Source: an uncultured Planctomycetota bacterium
Lineage (GTDB): Bacteria > Planctomycetota > Planctomycetia > Pirellulales > Lacipirellulaceae
Assembly: GCA_963719315.1 (NCBI GenBank)
Contig: CAVRBU010000010.1
Coordinates: forward strand, 42,217 to 106,216
Direction: 5' to 3'
DNA length: 64,000 nt
This document shows, in pieces, positions 8,356 to 18,316 of the stretch. Position 1 is the first letter of the stretch, and each line of letters starts with the position of its first letter. The notes beneath the pieces were generated by a model. That model had not been told where the DNA came from. It worked only from the letters and a program-made list of their open reading frames with translations, and searched no databases. A program made the position numbers and the translations under genes.

Positions 8356-9840
8356 CTAGGCATACAGGATTTCACCATCCTGAGATTCCTCGTACAGCCG
8401 CGCGCGTAATTCGCCCGTCATCCGGAGAGCCATCTCCAGCGCGTCGGGCCCGTCATCATGATCGCCGTTGGGAAAGTCACGAAGTTGTTGGACCAACCGG
8501 CGTGCTCCCGGCGAATCGCGTAAGAAACGCAGTTTGTGCTGGGCCAGCAGCGATGTCAGCCGGCGGATGCGGACCAGCTTGTTGACCGTGTTGGTCATCG
8601 TGTACAGCGGCATCGACATGTGCCGCTGGGCGCACCGCTGCCGGATTTGCTCGGCCAACAGCTCCTGGAACTGGTTGACCTCGACGCCAAACCAATCGGG
8701 CTGAAATTCGCGCTGGATTTCCACGGCCAGGTCGGTAATCACCGCCGTGTTGCACTTGACCAGCTCCGCATCGATGTAACCGCAGCCGTCGGCGACCACT
8801 ACCATCACAAAGGCGGAATAATCGCCGAACTTGGATTCGACGCCTTTGCTCGGGTCGAGGGCCACGGTCTTGCAGATCCATTCGTGGGGCCACTCATCGA
8901 ACCAGATGTCAGGCGTAAAGAACGAATCAGGCCATTCGGCGTGGCCTTCGGCGATCGGGTTCTGTTGATAAAGTGCCTGCCAATAGTAGTGCGTGTGCGT
9001 CTCGCGGACTTTCTCGAGTCGTTCGCGGGTGAACACTTCGGGCCACAGCGGCTCGCCGGGCTGGCGTCCAAGCACGTCCTGTTCTTCCGCCAAGGCTGGG
9101 AACTTGACGACGCGCCAATGGTGACCCGTTTCTTCGGCCTGTCTGAGCACGCGCCCCGTGAGATCATCGCGGTTCCAGCGGGTCTGAATGAGGACGATCA
9201 GCGCGCCCGGGCGAAGGCGGGTCGTGGCCACACTCTGCCACCAATCCCATTGCTTTTCGCGGAACGTGCTGCTGCGGGCTTCTTCATCGTTCTTGATCGG
9301 ATCATCCACAATCAGTAGATGGGCCCCTTTGCCTGTAATCGGGCCGCCGACTCCCGCCGCCGTCATGCCGCCTTCTCTGCCTTCCAGGTCCCAGCGGTTG
9401 GCCGCACCGCTTTTTCGGTGCACGCGGACGCCGAACAGCCAGCCATGATGCTCCAACAGGTCGCGCGCTTTGCGGCCCCAGGAAGCAGCGAAGTCGGCTT
9501 CATAGCTGGTCAGGATGACGCGGCGGTCGGGGTGGCAACCCAAGTACCAGGCCGGCAAATAGCGACTGCAGAGCTCGCTTTTGCCATGCTGGGGTGGCAT
9601 TGAGACCACGAGCCCCTCGAGTTCACCCCGCTGGGCCGCTTCGATTGAATCCGTGATCGCCTGATCCAGGTAGGCCAGGTGGCGCGCCGGCAGCCACCGT
9701 CCCTCGCTCGCGATCTGCGCGAAGGAGCCGGGGCTCAGCACCGCCAAATCCTTCTCCAGCTGCCGCAGCTCCTTGTCGGTCGCGAAGGGCAGCAATGACG
9801 GTAAAGATGCGATCGCGTCGCTCATCGAAAGTGAATCCAT
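8356..9840 (-). CDS. terL: Terminase large subunit (Terminase_6-like family)
   Basis: Walker A MPPQHGKS, Walker B LIVDDPIK, LYQQNP, nuclease ALDPS and HDDGPDA. Confidence 0.88.
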   Translation of the reverse strand: MDSLSMSDAIASLPSLLPFATDKELRQLEKDLAVLSPGSFAQIASEGRWLPARHLAYLDQAITDSIEAAQRGELEGLVVSMPPQHGKSELCSRYLPAWYLGCHPDRRVILTSYEADFAASWGRKARDLLEHHGWLFGVRVHRKSGAANRWDLEGREGGMTAAGVGGPITGKGAHLLIVDDPIKNDEEARSSTFREKQWDWWQSVATTRLRPGALIVLIQTRWNRDDLTGRVLRQAEETGHHWRVVKFPALAEEQDVLGRQPGEPLWPEVFTRERLEKVRETHTHYYWQALYQQNPIAEGHAEWPDSFFTPDIWFDEWPHEWICKTVALDPSKGVESKFGDYSAFVMVVVADGCGYIDAELVKCNTAVITDLAVEIQREFQPDWFGVEVNQFQELLAEQIRQRCAQRHMSMPLYTMTNTVNKLVRIRRLTSLLAQHKLRFLRDSPGARRLVQQLRDFPNGDHDDGPDALEMALRMTGELRARLYEESQDGEILYA

Positions 9841-10270
9841 CGGCCCCCTCCTCAATCCGTGCCGCGTTCAGTCCCAACAGCGCACAGCGGTTGGCGATGC
9901 AGCGGTTGACCTGTTCCAGGAATCTTGGGTCGCCGTATTGGTTCCGCACGTGGCGGCGCGTGCGGCGCTGGTTCGTCTCGTCGCTGATATGAGCGCTTTG
10001 AGCCGGCTGCTGCGACCGCTCCCAGGCGGCCCAGGCCTCGCGCTCGACCCGGTCGATCTTCTGGAGTTCCAGGTCGCGGGCCTCGTCGAAGTCGCGGATC
10101 GCCGAGGCCCGCCATTCTTTGCGGATGTGAATCAGGTCCTGGGAAATCGTCGTCTGCGAGACGCCGAATTCGCCCGCGATCTTCATCTGGGTCCAACCCT
10201 GGACGTACAGGTCGGCCACTTTCTGGCGGCGATCGACAAGGCACAGTTGTTGACCTCGCTGGACTGACAT
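9623..10270 (-). CDS. HTH protein upstream of terL, probable small-terminase-like
   Basis: RRQKVADLYVQGWTQMKIAGEFGVSQTTISQDL HTH; directly precedes and overlaps terL. Confidence 0.6.
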   Translation of the reverse strand: MSVQRGQQLCLVDRRQKVADLYVQGWTQMKIAGEFGVSQTTISQDLIHIRKEWRASAIRDFDEARDLELQKIDRVEREAWAAWERSQQPAQSAHISDETNQRRTRRHVRNQYGDPRFLEQVNRCIANRCALLGLNAARIEEGADGFTFDERRDRIFTVIAALRDRQGAAAAGEGFGGAEPRLLRADRERGTVAAGAPPGLPGSGDHGFNRSGPAG

Positions 10271-10357
10271 TAGTAGGCCCAATTGCTAAAGGGACGAGCT
10301 AGTAAAAATGGCGAATCTGCGAATCTTTGAGAATCTTTGGTCATCTGTCCGGAATTG

Positions 10358-10396
10358 GCTGGATGTTCTCCCCGGCCCGAGGTAACTGATGTCCTG
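10358..10396 (+). promoter_or_regulatory. Conserved motif upstream of HARE-HTH gene
   Basis: GCTGGATGTTCT-N8-CGAGGTAACTGATGTCCTG, repeated at 26010-26048. Confidence 0.55.
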
Positions 10397-10455
10397 CTGC
10401 GTTGCGACGTTCGCGATGCATAACACAAGTTCCCCGAACGACGGAGATGCATACG

Positions 10456-10794
10456 ATGACGACGAAGAAGAAAGCAACGTCCACGAAACGGACCACGAAA
10501 AAGGCGGCCGCGAAGCCCGCAACCAAGAAGTCGGCGGCGAAAACGGCGAAGCCAAAGAAGCCGAGCGCCCTGGACGCAGCGGCCAAAGTGCTCGGCGAAT
10601 CGAAAGAGCCGCTCACGACCAAGGAGATGATCGACGCGATGCAGGCGAAGGGCTACTGGAAAAGCCCTGGTGGCAAGACGCCTGATCGCACGCTCTATAG
10701 CGCGATCCTGCGGGAGATCGTGGTGAAGAAGGCCGAGTCCCGATTCAAGAAGTCCGAGCGGGGCAAGTTCACGCTCAAGAAGAAGGGGAACTAG
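10456..10794 (+). CDS. HARE-HTH (HB1/ASXL/restriction endonuclease HTH) protein with Lys/Ala-rich H1-like N-tail
   Basis: [10 protein letters not shown]...[23 protein letters not shown]...[10 protein letters not shown]. Confidence 0.8.
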   Translation: MTTKKKATSTKRTTKKAAAKPATKKSAAKTAKPKKPSALDAAAKVLGESKEPLTTKEMIDAMQAKGYWKSPGGKTPDRTLYSAILREIVVKKAESRFKKSERGKFTLKKKGN

Positions 10795-10797
10795 GCC

Positions 10798-10989
10798 ATG
10801 TGGCGAATTGCATTCGAGGACGGACTGATGATGGTCATGGATGACCAGAACCAGGGATACGATTGCCTGGACCTCGACGGCTGCACGCTCGAGGCGGCCG
10901 GCGCGCAGATCGACGGCTGGGCCCGCCAGTACGCGTTCAACGTCGAGGCCGCCAAGCGCGAGCTGGCCGAGTACTACCCGCAACTGTAA
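10798..10989 (+). CDS. Small hypothetical protein (near-identical copy at 26474, frameshifted)
   Basis: Follows HARE-HTH gene in both elements. Confidence 0.6.
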   Translation: MWRIAFEDGLMMVMDDQNQGYDCLDLDGCTLEAAGAQIDGWARQYAFNVEAAKRELAEYYPQL

Positions 10990-11017
10990 TCCGTGAAAAT
11001 CCAACGTTCGTTCCCAC

Positions 11018-11042
11018 ACGGCCCCGTCCTGGGGCCGTTTCT
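11018..11042. terminator. Intrinsic terminator-like hairpin
   Basis: ACGGCCCC-GTCCT-GGGGCCGT followed by TT(CT); duplicated near 26693. Confidence 0.6.
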
Positions 11043-11066
11043 CGTGGTTTAGTATGACTGTCGCCT

Positions 11067-11542
11067 TCATGCCGCCGCCTCCGGCGCAGTTATGCGCTCG
11101 GCTCTTTTACCACTGAACTGCTCCCACCTCGTGACAATCACATCGCAATACAGCGCGTCGAGTTCCATCAAGAAAGCCTTACGATTGGTCTGCTCGCAGG
11201 CAATCAGCGTCGAGCCCGAGCCCCCGAATAGATCGAGTACGTTCTCCCCTTCCCGCGACGAGTACTGAATCGCCCGCACCGCGAGTTCGACAGGTTTTTC
11301 CGTTAAGTGCACCATCGACTGCGGGTTGACTTTCTTCACATGCCACAGATCGGTGGTGTTGTTGGGCCCGAGGTACAGATGGGCAGCGCCTTCCTTCCAA
11401 CCGTAGAACGCGATTTCAAACGCGCCCATGAAGTCCTTGCGCGTGAGCACCGGATGCTGCTTGTCCCAGACGATGCCCTGTGAGAAGTACAGACCGTTCT
11501 TCTTCAGAAATGGCGGGTAGTTGCCGAGGTTGGCATAACCGC
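11067..11542 (-). pseudogene. 3' fragment of DNA N6/N4 methyltransferase, cut at the CTCCCC junction
   Basis: HLTEKPVEL, DLFGGSGST; DNA near-identical to the 27.7-28.2 kb gene up to GGCATAACCGCC, then switches to the leader. Confidence 0.9.
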
Positions 11543-11661
11543 CTCCCCGTATAGGACGGATTTACGAACTTTGGCGCACGAGCGCATTTTCGTAAATCAT
11601 TGAGAGGGAAGCGATTAGCGAGTTCGAGTCCTATTCGGTGGGGCCGACCGGATGAGACGGA
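11543..11661. repeat. Hairpin leader (P-type end); direct repeat of 47235-47351
   Basis: About 118 bp near-identical; nested inverted repeats ATAGGAC/GTCCTAT and GATTTACGAA/TTCGTAAATC. Confidence 0.9.
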
Positions 11662-11863
11662 ATGCGAACTTATTAGAGCGCCGGTTAACAGGCCCGCGCT
11701 CGCGCGAAAAAAGTTAGAGCGCGGCGCGAGCGCCCTCATTCGGGATCGTCCAGCAGCGAGCTGGATGTTGTCCTAATATAGGTCTCGCCACGCCCCCATC
11801 CTCCCTGTCCTCCCGCCAGGGGGAATTTTTTCCCCCGCGCTGCTTTACAGCTTGAATTCCCGG

Positions 11864-13174
11864 TGTACAAAAAGATTGTCCTGCCCTTCCGCTAGCATGG
11901 AACGCCCCGGAGTATACCGCCATGGGATGGCCTGTCCAGCCGCTGCTGTTCTTTTTGGCCCGCTGCACCCGGAATCAACTCATCCGGCAGATCGAGTTCC
12001 TCAAGGCCGAGAACGAGATGCTGCGGAAACGGGTCCCGATCAAGCACATTCATTTGAAGGCGGACGAACGGGACCGACTCTTAAAACTGGCACTGGCCAT
12101 CGGCCCCGAAGTCAAACACCTGATTTCGATCGTGACGTACGACACGATTCGCCGTTGGCGGCGGAAGGCGTGTGGCTTCATCCCCCGCGGGCCGAAGGGC
12201 CGGCCCAGGAAGCCCGAGGAGATCCGCGCGCTGGTCGTAAAGATCGCCCGCGAGACGGGCTGGGGCTACACCAGAATCCTGGGTGAGTTGCGGAAGCTTG
12301 GGATCACAGACATTTCGCGCCAGACCGTCGTCAACATTCTCCAAGAAGCGGGGCACAATCCCTATGCGCCGAAGGGACCGGGCAGCTGGGATGAGCTCAT
12401 TAAGATGCACGCCGAAACGCTCTGGCAGTGCGATTTCTTCTCGAAACGGGTCTTGTCGAGGCTGGGTTTTCCACAGCTGTTTGCGATGGTGTTTTTGAAC
12501 GTGGCGACGCGCAAGGTGTGGGTTTCGCCGGCCACGCGCAATCCGACTGAAGTGTGGGTTGAGGAGCAGGCGAAAGCCTTTATTGAGTATGCCCAGGCCA
12601 ACGAGCTCAAGGTGGATTTGATAACGCGCGACAACGACCAGATTTACAAAAAGGGCTTTGATCGCGTGATGGGTGCTGCTGGTATTCGAGCCAAGCGGCT
12701 TGCCCTGTGCTCGCCAAATCTAAACGTCTACGTCGAGCGGTTTATTCAGACGATCCAGGTTGAGTGCCTCGCCCACTTTCTGGTGTTCGGCGAGACGCAC
12801 TTCGACCATCTGGTAAAGGAATACGTTGAGCACTATCACACGGAGCGGCCGCATCAGGGGCTGGGGAATCAATTGATCGTCGGCGAGCCGTCGCCTGGAC
12901 AGGGCAACGTCCATTGCCACATACGGCTCGGCGGATTGCTGAAGCACTACTACTGCCAAGCCGCTTGATGGGCGGCTTCATTACCTTGGGCCGGTCGTCA
13001 AAGAACTACCGGCCAGGATGGACCGCGCCGGGGCCGCTTGCGCGGCGAATTTTCTCTTGCTGAACAGTCTACCAACTCCGTCGGATCTTCACATTCGGTG
13101 GCAATCCCGATCGCTCGATGGCCTCGCTCTGACGGTTCCTGCCAACAACTTGCGGTTCGCAATCTAATTGTACA
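11864..13174 (+). mobile_element. IS481-like/integrase-core DDE insertion sequence, copy 2
   Basis: TGTACAAAAAGATTG ... CAATCTAATTGTACA terminal IRs (13/15 match), TGT...ACA ends. Confidence 0.75.
11922..12968 (+). CDS. Integrase-core (rve, DDE) transposase, intact
   Basis: LWQCDFF, TRDND, NVYVERFI, ERPHQGLGN, RLGGLLKHY. Confidence 0.9.
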   Translation: MGWPVQPLLFFLARCTRNQLIRQIEFLKAENEMLRKRVPIKHIHLKADERDRLLKLALAIGPEVKHLISIVTYDTIRRWRRKACGFIPRGPKGRPRKPEEIRALVVKIARETGWGYTRILGELRKLGITDISRQTVVNILQEAGHNPYAPKGPGSWDELIKMHAETLWQCDFFSKRVLSRLGFPQLFAMVFLNVATRKVWVSPATRNPTEVWVEEQAKAFIEYAQANELKVDLITRDNDQIYKKGFDRVMGAAGIRAKRLALCSPNLNVYVERFIQTIQVECLAHFLVFGETHFDHLVKEYVEHYHTERPHQGLGNQLIVGEPSPGQGNVHCHIRLGGLLKHYYCQAA

Positions 13175-13299
13175 CGACGGAGTTTTCTATTACTTTGTTG
13201 CAAGATTTGGGCGGGAAGCGATATATTAAACGATGTAGAAAATCTATATTCGATCAGCATCGAAAGTGACAGCCTAAGAGACTTCTTCGTCACGCGAGT

Positions 13300-14670
13300 T
13301 TGGTAATGCTAGTCGGGATGGTTGTTAATACGCCCAGCTTGGTTCACGGGGTCGATTTGACCGGCTACTTGCCGTATTACCGAATGGGGACGACCTACAA
13401 CAACAATGTGCTGCCAACGCAACTCTCGATGCTTAACGAAGTGCGCTACTTCGGACTAACAGCAGGCAGCGACGGATCGATCGTACCCCTTTCTGGAAGT
13501 GGTAATCTGTCGACGCACCAAAACAACATCTCGACGATTGAGCAAAAGATCGGCGCGCTGCCCGCAAACGAGCGCCCAAGAGTTGATTTAACACTGGGGG
13601 GCGCCGGCGAGTCTGCAAACTTTGCGACGATCGCAGTGAGTTCGACGCTTCGAGCAACCTTCGCCCAAAACATCGCGAACCTATTGAATCAAACCGGCGC
13701 AACCGGTGTGGACATCGATTGGGAAAGCCCCGACAACAATAACGCCACGCAGCTCAGTAATTATTCGTTGATGCTGCAACAAATCAAGCAGGCGCTCGGA
13801 TCATCGAACGGTGTGTATGCGACGATTGAACCGCAAATCAACTTACCACCCAGTGTGCTGCAGGGTGCGAACGCGATCGACGGCATTTCATTGATGACGT
13901 ATGACCTGTCCTGGTGGACAAACGACGCTGCTGATACGAATCGCGGAGAACACTCTCTGCCTCAGTATGTGACCGACACAGTCGATGATTGGACCAGCCC
14001 CAGCGGATCGACAAATCGCCGACCCTACGTATTCGCCAAGTGGGGCAAAGGAGTCGATCCGGCAGACCTCGGTGTCGGCCTACCGTTCTACGGCCACGTC
14101 ATTGGTACGAGCCAGAATCGTCAGGGAGGAACAGCGTACACATATAGCCAACTTGTTTCCGGCGGCACACCAGATTCCTCGGGTAATTACTACACTTATG
14201 CCGGCCAAACCGTCTGGTTACCGGGACCTAGCCTGGCCGCTCAACGAGTGCAGTTTGCGCACGATCGAGGGCTGCAAAATGTGTTCATCTGGGAGCTGGG
14301 ACAGGACTTGGACCCGACTAGTTCGAACTCGCTGCTGCGAAGCGCGTTTCTCGCCAACGAGACGTTAATGGGTGACTTCAACGGCGACCGCGACATTGAT
14401 TCAACTGACTACGATGTCTGGCGAACAACATTTGGTTCAACGATGGATCTGCGAGCCGACGCCAACGGAGACGGAATGATTGATAGCGCCGATTATGTGA
14501 TTTGGCGGCAGAACGCGATGAGCGTGGTTAGTGGAGTGGCGATTGGCAGCACCGTTCCGGAACCGGAGTCGCTAACTGTGATTCCTACCGTCTGCGTGTT
14601 TTTCTTCATCGTTCGTCGGCGAATCGAATTGAGCGGCAAGCACCAGTTTTCTAATTCAGTACAAACTTAA
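13300..14670 (+). CDS. GH18 chitinase-like protein with dockerin-like repeat and PEP-CTERM
   Basis: GVDIDWE catalytic motif, LMTYD, GLPFYG, FIWELGQD; VPEPES tail; start uncertain. Confidence 0.85.
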   Translation: MVMLVGMVVNTPSLVHGVDLTGYLPYYRMGTTYNNNVLPTQLSMLNEVRYFGLTAGSDGSIVPLSGSGNLSTHQNNISTIEQKIGALPANERPRVDLTLGGAGESANFATIAVSSTLRATFAQNIANLLNQTGATGVDIDWESPDNNNATQLSNYSLMLQQIKQALGSSNGVYATIEPQINLPPSVLQGANAIDGISLMTYDLSWWTNDAADTNRGEHSLPQYVTDTVDDWTSPSGSTNRRPYVFAKWGKGVDPADLGVGLPFYGHVIGTSQNRQGGTAYTYSQLVSGGTPDSSGNYYTYAGQTVWLPGPSLAAQRVQFAHDRGLQNVFIWELGQDLDPTSSNSLLRSAFLANETLMGDFNGDRDIDSTDYDVWRTTFGSTMDLRADANGDGMIDSADYVIWRQNAMSVVSGVAIGSTVPEPESLTVIPTVCVFFFIVRRRIELSGKHQFSNSVQT

Positions 14671-14689
14671 CTTTTCCGAAACACCGCTC

Positions 14690-16489
14690 ATGACACTGAC
14701 GCTACTCGATTGGTCGGTCATCGCACTCTATTTTCTCTTCAACCTGGTAATCGGTCTTTATTTTGCCCGCCGAGCGCGAGGCAGCACCAGCGAATTCTTT
14801 CTATCGGGGCGTGATGCCCCATGGTGGCTAGCCGGCACGTCAATGGTGGCGACAACATTCGCCGCCGATACGCCGCTGGCTGTCACCGGATTTGTGGCCA
14901 AAGACGGCATCGCCGGGAATTGGCTGTGGTGGAGCTTTGTCATGGGCGGCGTGATGACCGTCTTCTTCTATGCGCGCTTGTGGCGACGGGCCGGCGTCAT
15001 GACCGACGTCGAGTTTGCCGAGCTGCGCTACTCCGGAAAACCGGCCGCGTTCTTGCGTGGTTTTCGGGCACTCTATCTGGGCATTCCGATCAATTGCATT
15101 ATTCTTGGCTGGGTGAACCTGGCGATGGTGAAGATTCTCGCCGCGACGTTGGGCATTGGCCAAGTGGCGGCGCTCGTGATTCTTGCGGGGATTTTGCTAT
15201 TTACCGCCTTCTACACAACTATCGCTGGCTTGTGGGGCGTGCTCGTCACAGATCTTGTGCAATTCGTGCTGATGATGTCGATGGTGATTTTTCTGGCGGT
15301 TGTTGCCGTAAATGCCGTTGGTGGCATCGACGAATTGAAGAGCCACGTTGCGTCGCTCGATGCGGCGCGGGGGCGAGCCGGTTCGCGGCTCGCATTCTTT
15401 CCACAGCTTGATTCCGCCTGGATGCCCGTGCTCGCTCTGTTCGTGTACTTGTTCGTCAATTGGTGGGCCGCATGGTACCCCGGGGCCGAACCGGGTGGCG
15501 GCGGGTACATCGCTCAGCGGATATTCTCTGCGAGGAACGAACGGCACGGCGTGTTGGCGACGTTATGGTTCAACGTCGCCCACTATGCGCTGCGACCCTG
15601 GCCGTGGATTCTGACTGCTTTGGTTTCAATCGTTTTGTATCCCAATCTGGTTGACAAAGAAGCCGGATATATCCACACCTTTATGGACCCTGCCGTTTTT
15701 CCCCAGTGGCTCCGCGGATTCATGATTGCCGGTTTTGCCGCGGCCTACATGTCGACCGTTGCGACGCAGTTGAATTGGGGCGCATCGTACGTCGTCAACG
15801 ATTTTTATCGCCGGTTCGCCATCCGCGACGCTAGCGAGAAGCACTACGTGGTTGCGGCACAAATAACCACCATATTGCTGATGGCGTTTTCTCTGATTGT
15901 TACCCTTTACCTTGAATCGGTCGGTGACGCATGGAAGCTTTTGTTGGCGATCGGTGCCGGCACCGGCCTCGTTTTGCTACTGCGTTGGTATTGGTGGAGA
16001 GTCAACGCCTGGTCCGAAGTCGCCGCGATGATTGCGGCCGGTGCCATTTCGCTGCTGTTGCGGTTCTATTGGAAGTGGGACACGGACGACAGCCAATTCG
16101 CGCAAGGCATGCTCGTTACAGTGGCCGTTACCTCGGCTGTGTGGATACTCGTTACGTTTCTGACACCACCTGAACCACAAGAAAAACTGGTCGCGTTCTA
16201 TCGCCGCGTTCGGCCAGCGGGCCCGGGCTGGAAGTCGATCGCCGCCCTCGCAGAAGATGGCGGGAGCGGACCTACAGAAAGCCTGGCATCCATGTTCGCG
16301 AATTGGGTTTTAGGATGCGTCTTAATCTATGCGGCCCTATTCGGTATCGGGAATTTAATTTTCAAGCAATGGACGCCGGCATTGGTGTGCATCGTAGTAG
16401 CAGCAGTAGCGGCTGGCCTGATTTCTCGAAGCCTTTCGCGCCGATTGGCAGGAAATCACAACGGAGTGAGCGGACTGGTTATTTTGTAG
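14690..16489 (+). CDS. Sodium:solute symporter (SSS family)
   Basis: EFFLSGR, TSMVATTFAADTPL, GGGYIAQR. Confidence 0.9.
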   Translation: MTLTLLDWSVIALYFLFNLVIGLYFARRARGSTSEFFLSGRDAPWWLAGTSMVATTFAADTPLAVTGFVAKDGIAGNWLWWSFVMGGVMTVFFYARLWRRAGVMTDVEFAELRYSGKPAAFLRGFRALYLGIPINCIILGWVNLAMVKILAATLGIGQVAALVILAGILLFTAFYTTIAGLWGVLVTDLVQFVLMMSMVIFLAVVAVNAVGGIDELKSHVASLDAARGRAGSRLAFFPQLDSAWMPVLALFVYLFVNWWAAWYPGAEPGGGGYIAQRIFSARNERHGVLATLWFNVAHYALRPWPWILTALVSIVLYPNLVDKEAGYIHTFMDPAVFPQWLRGFMIAGFAAAYMSTVATQLNWGASYVVNDFYRRFAIRDASEKHYVVAAQITTILLMAFSLIVTLYLESVGDAWKLLLAIGAGTGLVLLLRWYWWRVNAWSEVAAMIAAGAISLLLRFYWKWDTDDSQFAQGMLVTVAVTSAVWILVTFLTPPEPQEKLVAFYRRVRPAGPGWKSIAALAEDGGSGPTESLASMFANWVLGCVLIYAALFGIGNLIFKQWTPALVCIVVAAVAAGLISRSLSRRLAGNHNGVSGLVIL

Positions 16490-17540
16490 CGGTGGATTTC
16501 CGTAAGAGGTCCAGTCCTTTGACAAGCGGCTCGAACTCAGACCAATTCGCGCGGCGTTGCGACCAGGTGGTAAAGATGTGCCCGACGAGCAAACCGTCTT
16601 TTTGGTTCGCTTGGGCGTCGCGGATGAGTGCGAGCGTGGCGTCGGTGTTTTTCCAACTCGCGGGCAGGATGCGGGTGCCTTTGGACATGAACATCGGCAG
16701 CGATTCATAATGATTGCGCAGTTCATAGTGCCAAGGGCAGAGAATAATGTCCTTGGGAATTTTGTCGATGGCAGGTGCAGTACCAACTTTTGAGGCTTCC
16801 CACTCACCCATGTTGAATCGTTTGCCGTCGATCAGCCGATCTGCCCACATCAGCATCGTTAGCCCGCGCTTACCTGCGATATGAGCGTGAAGGTCGTTCA
16901 CGGCCTTGGCGAAAACATCGGCGGGATCATGACCTTTGGTCAAAGGTGCCTTGTCGGACGCTAAAAGGAAAACTTCATCCATCCCCACGTGAAACGCCTT
17001 GGCGTCGAACGCATCGATCAATTCGTCGATAAGCGGGAAAACGATTTGGTTGGTCTTTGGATTGAGCGGGTCCCATTCGCGGCAATAGATGCCCTTATTC
17101 TTTGGGAACACGCTTGGCGTGAGATCAAGCTCGGGATACTTCGTGAGTAGCGGGCCAGTGTGTTCCTTCCACGACTGATGCCCGAGACACTGAAATTGCG
17201 GAACTAACTCGATATTGTTCTTGTCGCAGGCGGCACGAAATGCTTTCGCTCCCTCCTTTGAGATCGGCGATTCACCTTGCCGCAGCTCGGGATGGAACTC
17301 GTATGCGAACGAATAGTCAACTTCTAAGATGATGCAATTGATCCCAAGTTTGGAAAGCTGCGGCAATTGATCGGTCAGTTTTTTTAGCGCAGCATCGCTG
17401 GTGTAATTGATGACATGGAGCGCGTACCAAGGGTGCTCGGCTGTGGGCGGAACAACGGCGCTGGCTGCGGCCGTGTAGAACGACGCTGCCGCCATCACAG
17501 CAAACCGAATGAAATTCGTTGCGTGTCTCGATAACGTCAT
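16479..17540 (-). CDS. GH20-family beta-N-acetylhexosaminidase-like protein, secreted
   Basis: Signal peptide, PQFQCLGH, FHVGMDEV (HxGxDE), MWAD. Confidence 0.85.
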   Translation of the reverse strand: MTLSRHATNFIRFAVMAAASFYTAAASAVVPPTAEHPWYALHVINYTSDAALKKLTDQLPQLSKLGINCIILEVDYSFAYEFHPELRQGESPISKEGAKAFRAACDKNNIELVPQFQCLGHQSWKEHTGPLLTKYPELDLTPSVFPKNKGIYCREWDPLNPKTNQIVFPLIDELIDAFDAKAFHVGMDEVFLLASDKAPLTKGHDPADVFAKAVNDLHAHIAGKRGLTMLMWADRLIDGKRFNMGEWEASKVGTAPAIDKIPKDIILCPWHYELRNHYESLPMFMSKGTRILPASWKNTDATLALIRDAQANQKDGLLVGHIFTTWSQRRANWSEFEPLVKGLDLLRKSTATK

Positions 17541-17665
17541 TTGTGCTCCGATTAAAATCCGCTATTGCCGTTTCATACCGAAATTGATGCCGATCGATAG
17601 CACAGCAAAAAAGCCGTGCGGCAAGGGCCGCACGGCTGCACGTTTCAAAGGGGATCGTATCCGAT

Positions 17666-18316
17666 CTAGCCGCGACGCCGACGGCTGACGAATCCCAACA
17701 CCACGGCTCCAATGCTTAACATACCCAACGTGGCTGGCTCAGGAACGACTCTCAGGTTGTCGAACTGAAATGTATACGGCCCTACCACCCCCTGCGCGGG
17801 GCCAAAGCTCAGATCGATTTGGTACGCCCAAGGCTGACTCGGATCCAACGTGATATGCGGGGTACCGAACTGCGTGTTGGTTAGCGGAATCTGTAGCGTG
17901 ACTGTCGATCCGGACGACAGCGCAAACGTGGGACTGAAACCCGTCTCGTCGGCATCGAGACCCGGGCCGCGAATGCCCGTCTGGAAGAACGTCACGTCGA
18001 TGTTACCGAAGTTGAATTGGGTGTTCGGCACGGTCATATCGATGAGCATGAAAGGCGAGTTGTTGATAGTCGTTGCGCGAGCCGCATCGGTCAAGGTCGC
18101 GCTCTGTGGCCCACCAAACCCCGCGGCGGGCACGGTTACCTGAAGCGATTGAACGCCCTGCGTCACACCAACATTGCTAAGCGTGGGTACGTAGGCGGGG
18201 GGGTTGCCGATGTACGGCATCCCGCTCTCGCCGTTCTCATAACCGAACAGGAGTTGCGCCGAAACCGGCGCTGCATACAGGACGACCAGTAATGCAGACA
18301 TGATGCAACACTTCAT
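17666..18316 (-). CDS. PEP-CTERM protein
   Basis: Signal peptide; VPEPAT + TM + RRRRG. Confidence 0.85.
   Translation of the reverse strand: MKCCIMSALLVVLYAAPVSAQLLFGYENGESGMPYIGNPPAYVPTLSNVGVTQGVQSLQVTVPAAGFGGPQSATLTDAARATTINNSPFMLIDMTVPNTQFNFGNIDVTFFQTGIRGPGLDADETGFSPTFALSSGSTVTLQIPLTNTQFGTPHITLDPSQPWAYQIDLSFGPAQGVVGPYTFQFDNLRVVPEPATLGMLSIGAVVLGFVSRRRRG

Larger units (their letters stand above)
7262..11542. mobile_element. Element A: truncated terminase/tyrosine-integrase integrative element
   Basis: Integrase, terL, HTH, HARE-HTH, small ORF and MTase fragment; the last three are near-copies of element B genes. Confidence 0.7.
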
